Positions 11,293 to 22,600 of a DNA stretch of 64,000 bases are shown in pieces. The notes under the pieces were generated by a model that saw nothing but the letters and a program-made list of their open reading frames with translations, had not been told where the DNA came from and did no database searches. How positions within the stretch are numbered: the first letter of the stretch is position 1; the number at the start of each line of letters is the position of its first letter. The position numbers and the translations under genes are program-made. Origin of the DNA: Escherichia coli (GTDB lineage Bacteria > Pseudomonadota > Gammaproteobacteria > Enterobacterales > Enterobacteriaceae). The stretch is from the NCBI RefSeq assembly GCF_030013205.1, contig NZ_CP122648.1; one strand, written 5' to 3'.

Positions 11293-12536
11293 GCGAGTTG
11301 AGTTATCTGGAAAAATTGCTGGATGGGGTTGTGGTTGAGTGGAAAACCCTTGAGGATATTTCTATAAAGATATCATCTGGAGGAACCCCTAAAACTGGCG
11401 TATCAGAATTTTATGATGGCGACATTCCTTGGTTGCGAACTCAAGAAGTAAACTTTTGTGATATATGGGATACCGAGGTAAAAATAACTGAGTCTGGAGT
11501 TAAAAACTCTAGTGCAAAATGGATACCAAAGAATTGTGTCATTGTTGCTATGTATGGGGCAACTGTGGGGAAAATCGGCATAAACAAAATTCCAATGACA
11601 ACAAATCAAGCGTGCGCAAATATTCAACTTAATGAAGAAGTTGCTCATTATAGATATGTATTTCACTTCTTGTGTAGCCAATACACATATATCAAATCCC
11701 TTGGAACAGGGTCCCAGACAAACATAAATGCGCAGATTGTCAAAAATATTAAGATCCCCATCCCCTGCCCAGAAAACCCGGAAAAATCCCTTGCCATCCA
11801 GTCTGAAATCGTTCGGATTCTGGACAAATTTACTGCACTTACCGCTGAGCTTACCGCTGAGCTTAACATGCGTAAAAAACAGTACAACTACTATCGCGAC
11901 CAGTTGTTGAGTTTTAAAGAGGGTGAGGTTGAGTGGAAAAGTCTGGAAGATATTGCTTTATTTAGACGGGGTTCATTTCCACAGCCATATGGAAATAGTG
12001 AATGGTATGATGGAGAAGGTTGCATGCCTTTTGTTCAGGTAGCTGATGTGGCTGATTCAGGATTTACATTACACACAAAAACCAAACAACAGATTTCTAA
12101 GATTGCACAAAGCAAGAGCGTTTTTGTTGAGGCTGGAACAATTGTTGTGACACTGCAAGGTACTATTGGTCGAGTAGCAATAACACAGTACGATTGTTAT
12201 GTGGATAGAACTCTTGCAATATTTACTAACTTTAAAGTAAAAATAAACAAAAAATACTTTGCTTATCAACTAAAAGCTAAATTCGATTCAGAGAAAGAAT
12301 TTGCAAGAGGAAGTACTTTGAAGACAATTACAAAAGAAGAGTTTTCTAAGTTCCAATTACCTCTTCCCTCAATAAACGAACAAAATCGTATAGTATCACT
12401 ATTGGATAAGTTCGATACACTGGCTCATTCAATAAAACAAGGTCTCCCGCGTGAAATCGAGTTGCGCCAGAAACAATACGAATACTACCGTGATTTACTG
12501 TTCAGTTTCCCGAAACCTGAAACTGCCAGTAATTAA
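11289..12536 (+). CDS. hsdS: Type I restriction-modification system, specificity subunit S (type IC-like, two TAEL repeats in central conserved region)
   Basis: 415 aa with two target-recognition halves each followed by KQYxYYRDxLLSF conserved region; central LTAELTAEL. Confidence 0.85.
11841..11864 (+). repeat. 12-bp tandem repeat (accgctgagctt x2) encoding TAEL-TAEL in hsdS
   Basis: Direct tandem duplication read in sequence; in type IC hsdS genes the copy number of this unit sets the spacer length of the recognition site. Confidence 0.8.
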
Positions 12537-12657
12537 TTGATCATTGCTACCGATCGGACCACCTTAACACCCGGTCAGTATATAGACTATTTTTTACGCG
12601 CCGGAAGTCACCATTACCCCCCTTCCGGCCCTTGCCAGACGGCACAAAGGATGCGCT

Positions 12658-15600
12658 ATGACTCATCAGACACACACCATTGCTGAATCCAATAACTTTA
12701 TCGTTCTTGATAAGTACATCAAAGCTGAGCCAACAGGCGACAGCTACCAGAGCGAATCGGACCTGGAACGTGAACTGATTCAGGACCTGCAAAATCAGGG
12801 TTATGAATTTATTTCCGTAAAATCACAGTCGGCAATGCTATCCAATGTTCGGGAACAGCTTCAGAGCCTCAATGGTGTGATGTTTAATGACAGCGAGTGG
12901 CGGCGCTTCACGGAGCAGTATCTGGACAACCCCAGCGATGGTATTCTGGATAAAACCCGTAAAATCCATATCGACTATATCTGCGACTTTATTTTTGACG
13001 ACGGGCGACTTGAGAACATCTATTTGATAGATAAAAAGAATCTCATGCGCAATAAGGTGCAGATTATCCAGCAGTTTGAACAGACGGGTTCTCATGCTAA
13101 CCGTTATGACGTCACGATCCTGGTTAATGGTTTACCGCTGGTGCAAATCGAACTAAAAAAACGCGGGGTGGCGATTCGTGAGGCTTTCAACCAGATACAT
13201 CGTTACAGTAAAGAGAGTTTTAACAGCGAAAATTCCCTGTTTAAGTATCTGCAACTGTTTGTCATTTCTAACGGCACCGATACCCGTTATTTTGCCAACA
13301 CGACAAAGCGCGATAAAAACAGTTTTGACTTCACCATGAATTGGGCGAAATCAGACAACACGCTGATTAAAGACCTCAAAGACTTTACCGCTACCTTTTT
13401 CCAGAAACATACTCTGCTGAATGTTCTGGTGAACTACAGCGTTTTTGACAGTAGTCAGACGCTACTGGTGATGCGACCGTACCAGATTGCCGCCACCGAG
13501 CGCATTCTGTGGAAAATTAAGAGTTCCTTTACAGCGAAGAACTGGTCAAAACCGGAAAGCGGTGGGTATATCTGGCACACTACCGGTTCTGGTAAAACCC
13601 TCACCAGCTTTAAAGCCGCGCGTCTGGCAACAGAGCTGGACTTTATTGATAAAGTCTTCTTTGTGGTCGACAGGAAAGACCTCGATTACCAGACCATGAA
13701 GGAATATCAGCGTTTTTCGCCAGACAGCGTCAACGGCTCGGAAAATACCGCAGGCCTTAAACGAAATCTGGATAAGGACGATAACAAAATTATCGTCACT
13801 ACTATTCAGAAACTCAATAACCTGATGAAAGCAGAAAGCGACCTGCCTGTATATAATCAGCAAGTGGTGTTTATATTTGATGAATGCCACCGCAGCCAGT
13901 TTGGAGAAGCGCAGAAAAACCTGAAGAAGAAATTCAAACGCTATTATCAGTTTGGTTTTACCGGCACCCCTATTTTCCCGGAAAACGCCTTAGGCTCAGA
14001 AACAACCGCCAGCGTATTTGGTCGTGAATTGCATTCGTATGTAATTACCGATGCGATTCGTGACGAAAAAGTGCTCAAATTCAAAGTGGACTACAACGAT
14101 GTGCGGCCACAGTTTAAGTCTTTAGAGACAGAAACTGACGAGAAAAAACTAAGTGCGGCTGAAAATCAGCAGGCGTTTCTTCATCCCATGCGTATTCAGG
14201 AAATCACGCAATATATTCTGAATAATTTCCGCCAGAAAACTCACCGTACCTTCCCTGGCTCAAAAGGTTTTAATGCTATGTTGGCAGTGAGCAGCGTGGA
14301 TGCCGCGAAAGCCTATTATGCGACGTTTAAACGGTTACAAGAAGAAGCCGCTAATAAATCGGCTACCTATAAACCGCTGCGTATTGCGACAATCTTCTCC
14401 TTTGCCGCCAATGAAGAACAAAATGCCATTGGTGAAATTTCCGATGAAACTTTTGATACCAGCGCAATGGACAGCAGTGCTAAAGAGTTTCTGGACGCTG
14501 CAATTCGTGAATATAACAGCCATTTTAAAACTAACTTTAGCACCGACAGTAACGGTTTTCAGAACTACTATCGTGATTTAGCCCAGCGGGTTAAAAATCA
14601 GGATATCGATCTGCTAATTGTCGTGGGGATGTTTTTAACCGGCTTCGATGCTCCAACATTGAACACGCTATTCGTCGATAAAAACTTGCGTTTTCACGGC
14701 CTGATGCAGGCATTTTCCCGCACCAACCGTATTTATGATGCAACTAAAACCTTCGGTAATATCGTCACTTTCCGGGATCTGGAACGCTCAACTATTGATG
14801 CCATAACGCTGTTTGGTGATAAAAACACCAAAAATGTGGTGTTAGAAAAGAGTTATGCTGAGTATATGGAAGGCTTTACTGATGCTGCTACTGGTGAAGC
14901 TAAACGCGGCTTCATGACAGTAGTTTCAGAACTGGAACAACGGTTCCCTGACCCTGCCAGTATTGAAAGTGAAAAAGAGAAGAAAGACTTCGTTAAACTG
15001 TTTGGCGAATACCTGCGTGCCGAGAACATCCTGCAAAACTATGATGAATTTGCCACGCTAAAAGCCCTGCAACAAATCGATCTTAGCGATCCTGTTGCGG
15101 TAGAAAAATTCAAAGCAGAACATTATGTGGATGATGAAAAGTTCGCTGAATTGCAAACAATTCGTCTCCCTGCTGATCGCAAGATTCAGGATTATCGTTC
15201 TGCCTATAACGATATTCGCGACTGGCAGCGCCGTGAGAAAGAAGCTGAGAAAAAAGAGAAATCAACCACTGACTGGGATGACGTAGTTTTTGAGGTCGAT
15301 TTGCTGAAGTCTCAGGAAATAAACCTGGATTATATCCTTGGACTGATTTTCGAACACAACAGACAAAATAAAGGCAAGGGCGAAATGATCGAAGAGGTCA
15401 AACGCTTAATTCGTTCAAGCCTGGGGAACCGTGCTAAAGAGGGCCTGGTGGTCGATTTTATTCAGCAAACGAACCTGGATGATTTACCGGACAAAGCCAG
15501 CATCATTGACGCATTCTTTACGTTTGCTCAACGCGAACAGCAACGTGAAGCAGAAGCCTTGATCAAAGAAGAAAATCTCAATGAAGAGGCGGCGAAACGC

Positions 15601-15774
15601 TATATTCGCACATCTTTAAAACGCGAATACGCCACCGAAAATGGCACGGAATTAAACGAGACACTGCCCAGACTCAGTCCTTTAAATCCGCAATATAAAA
15701 CGAAAAAACAGACTGTTTTTCAAAAAATTAGCGCATTTATTGAAAAATTTAAGGGGGTGGGTGGAAAGATTTAG
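12658..15774 (+). CDS. hsdR: Type I restriction enzyme endonuclease/helicase subunit R (type IC-like)
   Basis: 1038 aa; SF2 helicase motifs (TGSGKT Walker A, DECHRS DEAH-box); stop codon abuts the IS5 end. Confidence 0.85.
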   Translation: MTHQTHTIAESNNFIVLDKYIKAEPTGDSYQSESDLERELIQDLQNQGYEFISVKSQSAMLSNVREQLQSLNGVMFNDSEWRRFTEQYLDNPSDGILDKTRKIHIDYICDFIFDDGRLENIYLIDKKNLMRNKVQIIQQFEQTGSHANRYDVTILVNGLPLVQIELKKRGVAIREAFNQIHRYSKESFNSENSLFKYLQLFVISNGTDTRYFANTTKRDKNSFDFTMNWAKSDNTLIKDLKDFTATFFQKHTLLNVLVNYSVFDSSQTLLVMRPYQIAATERILWKIKSSFTAKNWSKPESGGYIWHTTGSGKTLTSFKAARLATELDFIDKVFFVVDRKDLDYQTMKEYQRFSPDSVNGSENTAGLKRNLDKDDNKIIVTTIQKLNNLMKAESDLPVYNQQVVFIFDECHRSQFGEAQKNLKKKFKRYYQFGFTGTPIFPENALGSETTASVFGRELHSYVITDAIRDEKVLKFKVDYNDVRPQFKSLETETDEKKLSAAENQQAFLHPMRIQEITQYILNNFRQKTHRTFPGSKGFNAMLAVSSVDAAKAYYATFKRLQEEAANKSATYKPLRIATIFSFAANEEQNAIGEISDETFDTSAMDSSAKEFLDAAIREYNSHFKTNFSTDSNGFQNYYRDLAQRVKNQDIDLLIVVGMFLTGFDAPTLNTLFVDKNLRFHGLMQAFSRTNRIYDATKTFGNIVTFRDLERSTIDAITLFGDKNTKNVVLEKSYAEYMEGFTDAATGEAKRGFMTVVSELEQRFPDPASIESEKEKKDFVKLFGEYLRAENILQNYDEFATLKALQQIDLSDPVAVEKFKAEHYVDDEKFAELQTIRLPADRKIQDYRSAYNDIRDWQRREKEAEKKEKSTTDWDDVVFEVDLLKSQEINLDYILGLIFEHNRQNKGKGEMIEEVKRLIRSSLGNRAKEGLVVDFIQQTNLDDLPDKASIIDAFFTFAQREQQREAEALIKEENLNEEAAKRYIRTSLKREYATENGTELNETLPRLSPLNPQYKTKKQTVFQKISAFIEKFKGVGGKI

Positions 15775-16970
<1,196 letters not shown>

Positions 16971-17163
16971 CTAAGATAATTGGTTTTTAGCGAGTGACGG
17001 GCTAGGTTGTGTCAGTCTGTCTCATGTCGATATTACGGGGATGATGCAAACCTGAATGCTGCGATATTGGCGTGTCAGGGGAGGCATCTTACGGTATCAT
17101 TTACCGCAATTTTTAAGATGCAATGCCCTGCATCGCAGGCTTTTCTTCAGACCAGGATGATTC

Positions 17164-18135
17164 ATGAACGACAAAATCAGTCAGGACACGATCAACAAAG
17201 CCCTGTGGGCCGCGTGTGATACGTTCCGTGGCACCATCAGTGCTGATACCTATAAAGACTTTATCCTTACCATGCTGTTCCTTAAGTACATTTCGGATGT
17301 CTGGCAGGATCATTACGATGAATATAAAAAACAGTATGGTGATGCACCAGAACTCATTGAAGCCATGATGGCGAATGAACGTTTCGTATTGCCGAAAAGC
17401 GCCAGTTTCTATGCGCTGTATGAACGTCGTCATGAACCGGGCAATGGTGAGCGCATCGACCAGGCTCTGCATGCGATTGAAGAAGCTAATGGCACCAAAC
17501 TGAAAGACGCCGGGAAAAGCGTGTTCCAGGATATTTCGTTTAACACCGATCGCCTAGGTGAAGAAAAACAGAAGAACACCATCCTGCGTCAGCTGCTGGA
17601 AGACTTTGCCGGTCAAGATCTTAACCTGAAGCCGAGCCGTGTCGGTACGCTGGACGTTATCGGTAATGCCTACGAATATCTGATCAAAAACTTTGCTGCC
17701 AGCGGTGGGCAGAAAGCCGGGGAATTCTATACCCCACCAGAAGTTTCGGACCTGATTGCAGAACTGCTCGATCCGCAACCGGGTGATACCATCTGCGATC
17801 CAGCCTGTGGTTCCGGTTCATTATTGATGAAGTGTGGGCGTAAAATTGTCTCCGGGCATGATAGTCGTAACTATGCATTGTTCGGTCAGGAAGCGATCGG
17901 TTCTGCGTGGTCGCTGGCGAAAATGAATATGTTCCTGCACGGGGAAGACAACCATAAAATCGAGTGGGGCGATACCATTCGTAACCCGAAGCTGCTCGAT
18001 AAAAATGGCGACCTGATGCTGTTTGATATCGTGACCGCTAACCCACCGTTCAGCCTCGATAAGTGGGGCCATGACGAGGCCGAGAACGATAAGTTTGGCC
18101 GTTTTCGTCGCGGTGTACCGCCGAAGACTAAAGGA
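17164..18135 (+). pseudogene. Second type I hsdM-like methyltransferase gene, 3'-truncated (homology lost after ...GVPPKTKG)
   Basis: SAM motif DPACGSGSLL and NPPF present; C-terminal third of HsdM missing; ORF tail after 18135 is non-homologous and a different frame opens. Confidence 0.7.
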
Positions 18136-18136
18136 G

Positions 18137-19471
18137 GTATGGGATGCCTGCGCCAATATGGAGCGCTATATCCAGTACGGCTTTACCCCGCAAGAGCGCC
18201 ACCGTCTGTTTGGTGAGAGCGACTGGGGTCAGTTTGTGCCCCGTGATTTTGCCCATCTGCTTGATCTGCTAGGATCCCCAAACACGGCCGACGCTGCCGA
18301 TAAAAGCCGTGCAGCTGCCGGTAGCCAAGGGCGCACCTTGTTGGCCATTTTGCAGGATGACAAGCTTGATGGTGAGCAGACGGTGGAGGAGGAGAGCGCA
18401 GGCTCCGAGCGCTTTAACAGCGTCATCAACTTCTCCAACTTCTTGCTCCATGTGCTGCGACTCGTGAGCCGCGACCCGGGTGATACGGAGGGGGTGCCGC
18501 TTGATGATAAACAACTGGTCGATCAGTTTGAGCTGCGAGTGATAAGGCAACCGGATCCAGTAGCGGCAGTTCAGCGTTTTATCTATGGCCTGTTAAAGAG
18601 CAAGTATCTGTTTGATCAGTTCATCATCAAGCGCGAGTTTGCCGATGGCAAGGATAGTTGGAGTTTGAAGCGGCTGCACAGGTATTCGGAAAAGAGCGTC
18701 AGTTACATCAATACCTTTGACAAGGATGAAAATGAGAATGGTTTCTCTGGTGTTAACCGGCGGGTCCTGATGTTGCTGTCGGCGTTTCATGTGTCGACCC
18801 CGACCCTGGTTTACAAACATTGGCTGAATGGTGCACTGAGATATCTGTTCGACAATTGTCACCCTGATCAACCGGTGGATGCCGGGGCTTATCTGTCCTA
18901 TCTGGAGAGTCAGGCTCGCCGCTTTGTCTTCCAGCGCTTTTTGGCGCCTGGTGAAGGGGCTTCCTATTACCAGATGCTCTACCTTGATAACGCCCTGTTG
19001 CCCGCCATCAATGTGGATGAGAGTTGGCACAAGGTGATTACATCCAAACTTCGCTTCGGTCATATCGAGAACAACTTTGTCTTCAACTTCCTCGACTATC
19101 TGCTGTGGGTACGAGATCGGAATAGCGACAAAGTTGCTGGCTCCTTTGAGTTCACTTTCCGCAGCTCGGTGGAGCACTTCTCACCCCAGCATCCGATGGA
19201 TGGCTATAAACCGGTTGAGCAGAGTGCACTCCATTCGTTTGGCAACCTTTGCCTTATCAGCCACAGCAAGAACTCGCGCTTGAGTAACTTCCAGCCGCAA
19301 CAGAAGCAGGAGCACTTTGAAGCAAGCCTTGCCAATAACCAGACTGATAGTCTTAAATTGCTTGCTATGATTCGGCTGATGAAAGATAAAGGTCGTTGGC
19401 TGGAAGATGAGATAGCTGTGCATCAACAAGATATGTTGCAGGTCTTACTATCCAATCAAATTCAGCAATAA
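18137..19471 (+). CDS. DUF1524-like (GmrSD C-terminal-type His-Me finger nuclease) region; probably a 5'-truncated gene joined to the hsdM remnant, possibly a stand-alone ~437-aa protein from ATG 18158
   Basis: C-terminal motifs [13 protein letters not shown]...[18 protein letters not shown] resemble DUF1524; no DUF262 DGQQR motif seen upstream. Confidence 0.45.
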   Translation, partial: VWDACANMERYIQYGFTPQERHRLFGESDWGQFVPRDFAHLLDLLGSPNTADAADKSRAAAGSQGRTLLAILQDDKLDGEQTVEEESAGSERFNSVINFSNFLLHVLRLVSRDPGDTEGVPLDDKQLVDQFELRVIRQPDPVAAVQRFIYGLLKSKYLFDQFIIKREFADGKDSWSLKRLHRYSEKSVSYINTFDKDENENGFSGVNRRVLMLLSAFHVSTPTLVYKHWLNGALRYLFDNCHPDQPVDAGAYLSYLESQARRFVFQRFLAPGEGASYYQMLYLDNALLPAINVDESWHKVITSKLRFGHIENNFVFNFLDYLLWVRDRNSDKVAGSFEFTFRSSVEHFSPQHPMDGYKPVEQSALHSFGNLCLISHSKNSRLSNFQPQQKQEHFEASLANNQTDSLKLLAMIRLMKDKGRWLEDEIAVHQQDMLQVLLSNQIQQ

Positions 19472-19645
19472 CGGATTGAATCTGTTTATGAAATTTGGCT
19501 GCTATCAACTAATGGGCGTTAAGTTGATTGTATGATCTGATTGATAAAGAAGGGGAGACTAAAAATCTCCTCTTCTTTGCAGCAGTTTACTGCGGTCTTT
19601 TTGTGATGCATCAGCATAAAACGTTTTACTTGTGGACCCTAAGAA

Positions 19646-22600
19646 ATGGAGAACATTATGTCGACTGTAGATACCTCTATAGCAGAGGAACTCAATCAAG
19701 GAGGCTCAGATTTTATTCTGACTTCCCTCGAGGCTATGCGTAAGAAGTTATTGGACCTTACGTCTCGAAATCGACTTTTGAATTTCCCTATCACTCAAAA
19801 AGGGTCTTCACTACGTATTGTTGATGAATTACCAGAACAGCTTTATGAAACCCTTTGCTCGGAAATCCCGATGGAATTTGCTCCTGTGCCCGATCCAACT
19901 AGAGCGCAGCTGTTAGAGCATGGCTATCTCAAAGTTGGGCCAGATGGTAAAGATATACAGTTAAGAGCTCATCCTAGCGCTAAGGATTGGGCGCACGTCT
20001 TAGGAATCCGTACAGATTTTGATTTACCAGATAGCCATAAAACGGTTGTTTCTGATTCAGATAGAGAGTTGCTGGAAAAAGCCCATCAGTTTATCTTGCA
20101 ATATGCCCAAGGCCAGAATGGAAAATTAACAGGGATTCGTTCTGAATACGTTAATCAAGGTATAGCTTTGTCAGCGTTGAAGGAGGCGTGCTGCTTAGCA
20201 GGCTATGAAGGGCTTGAGGATTTTGAACGACAGGCAAAGGCTGGGAATGAGATTAGTATATCTTCTTCCAATCCCTCTCATGACGATAATCGGATACAGG
20301 CTCTGCTTTATCCAAATGAACTGGAAGCTTGTTTGCGCGCCATCTATGGTAAGGCTCAAACTGCTTTGGAGGAGAGTGGCGCCAACATCTTGTATTTGGC
20401 GTTAGGGTTCCTTGAGTGGTATGAAAGCGATTCCTCTGAAAAGGCACGTTATGCACCGTTATTTACAATTCCGGTGAGATGTGAACGAGGAAAATTAGAT
20501 CCGAAGGATGGTCTTTACAAGTTTCAACTTTATTACACGGGTGAAGATATTTTGCCCAATCTCTCTTTGAAGGAAAAACTTCAGGCTGACTTTGGCCTCG
20601 CTCTTCCTTTGTTCAATGAAGAGGAAACTCCAGAGTCTTATTTTGCTTCGGTGAAGAAGGTTGTAGAGCAGCACAAACCTAAATGGTCTGTGAAACGTTA
20701 TGGTGCACTTAGCTTGCTCAATTTTGGCAAGATGATGATGTATCTTGACCTCGATCCTGCCCGCTGGCCTTGTGACAAGCGCAATATATTGTCTCATGAA
20801 GTAATTCGTCGCTTTTTCACCAGTCAGAGCTGTGGTCAAGAGAATTCCGGCTTACCTGGTGGCTTCGGTCAGCATGAGTACTGCATCGATAGTTACCCTG
20901 ATATTCATGACAAGGTTCCACTAATCGATGATGCGGATAGCTCGCAGCACAGTGCGTTGATCGATGCTATCCGTGGTCAAAACTTAGTCATTGAGGGCCC
21001 TCCTGGTAGTGGCAAATCACAAACGATCACCAACTTGATTGCAGCAGCTCTGCTCAACGGTAAGAAAGTCCTGTTTGTGGCAGAGAAGATGGCTGCACTG
21101 GAGGTCGTCAAACGTCGCTTGGATCGTGCGGGGCTAGGTCAATTTTGCTTAGAGTTGCACAGTCATAAAACTCATAAGCGCAAGGTGCTGGATGATATTA
21201 ATGCTCGCTTGGTGAGTCAGGCGACCATGCCTACTATGGAAGAGATTGATGCTCAGATTTTGCGTTATGAAGATCTTAAGCAGCAGCTCAATGAATATGC
21301 CGCATTGATCAATAACCAATGGGCGCAAACAGGCAAAACGATCCATCAGATTTTGAGTGGTGCAACCCGTTATCGTCACAAATTAGATATTGATGCAACA
21401 GCACTTCATATCGAAAACCTTTCCGGGAAGCAGTTGGATAAAGTGACCCAATTACGGCTGCGTGACCAAATAGTAGAGTTTAGCCGCATCTACAAAGAGG
21501 TTCGTGAGCAGGTGGGGGCTAATGCAGAAATATATGAGCACCCTTGGAGCGGTGTGAATAACACACAAATTCAATTGTTTGACAGCGCTCGTATAGTCGA
21601 TTTGCTACAAACTTGGCAGACATCAATTATCGACTTTCAACATAGCTATCAAGAATATGTAGATAAGTGGGCGTTAGAAGGCGAAAGCCTTAATACGCTT
21701 CAATATATTGAGCAATTGGTAGAAGATCAGTCGAATCTTCCAGTGTTGTGTGGTTCAGAGCATTTCCCAGCACTTAGTGAGCTAGATTCACCCGATGCCA
21801 TTGCACGGGTGCGTCACTATTTAGATAGGTTCGAGTTGCTACAAGGTCATTATGTGGCCTTGAGCCAGGTTATCGAGCCTCAAAAGCTACGACTTTTAGA
21901 ACAAGGACAATCGTGTGACTTTCCTCGTGAAGAGCTGGAAAAATATGGTGCAGCAGAGGATTTCACTTTACGTGATTTGGTCAGGTGGCTTGAATCCATC
22001 CAATCAATTCATGATGAGTTATCATCTATTTATGCGCAATTAAACGATTTCAAAAATGCTTTGCCAGATGGTATTGCTTCGTATATCGATGATTCGCAAG
22101 CTGGATTGCTATTCTGCTCTGAGTTGTTGTCGATTCTGGGTGCTTTACCGACTGAGCTTATTAGAGTTCGAGATCCTCTTTTTGATGATGATGATATCGA
22201 TGCAGTATTGCGCGACTTAATGTGTCAAATCGAAACATTGCGTCCTTTAAGAGATGGTCTATCTACTTTGTATCAATTGGACCAGTTGCCTTCCCAAGAG
22301 ATGCTCGCGCATGCCGTTGCTGTTATCCAGCAAGGGGGATTATTTGCATGGTTTAAGAGTGATTGGCGTAGTGCCAAGGCACTGCTCATGGCGCAATCTC
22401 GTAAGCCCGACACTAAGTTTGCTGAGTTAAAACGCTGCTCAGCTGATTTGCTCAAGTATTCGGAGCTGTTACAACGGTTTGAACAAAGTGACTTTGGTAA
22501 TCAACTTGGTAATGCATTCCGAGGGTTGGACACCGACTGTGAACAACTCATGTTATTGCGTGATTGGTACAAGAAGGTCCGAGCTTGTTACGGGATAGGT

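Noticed and set aside
11841-11864. Tandem repeat as a possible CRISPR or VNTR locus
   Set aside because: Only two 12-bp units, in frame inside hsdS; this is the type IC TAEL repeat, not a CRISPR array. No CRISPR-like repeat-spacer structure was seen anywhere in the window.
17164-18216. Calling the whole 350-aa ORF an intact short hsdM
   Set aside because: Methyltransferase homology ends at ...KTKG (18135); the last 26 codons are non-homologous and a second frame carrying different protein-like sequence opens over the same bases, so the ORF end is an artefact of a junction.
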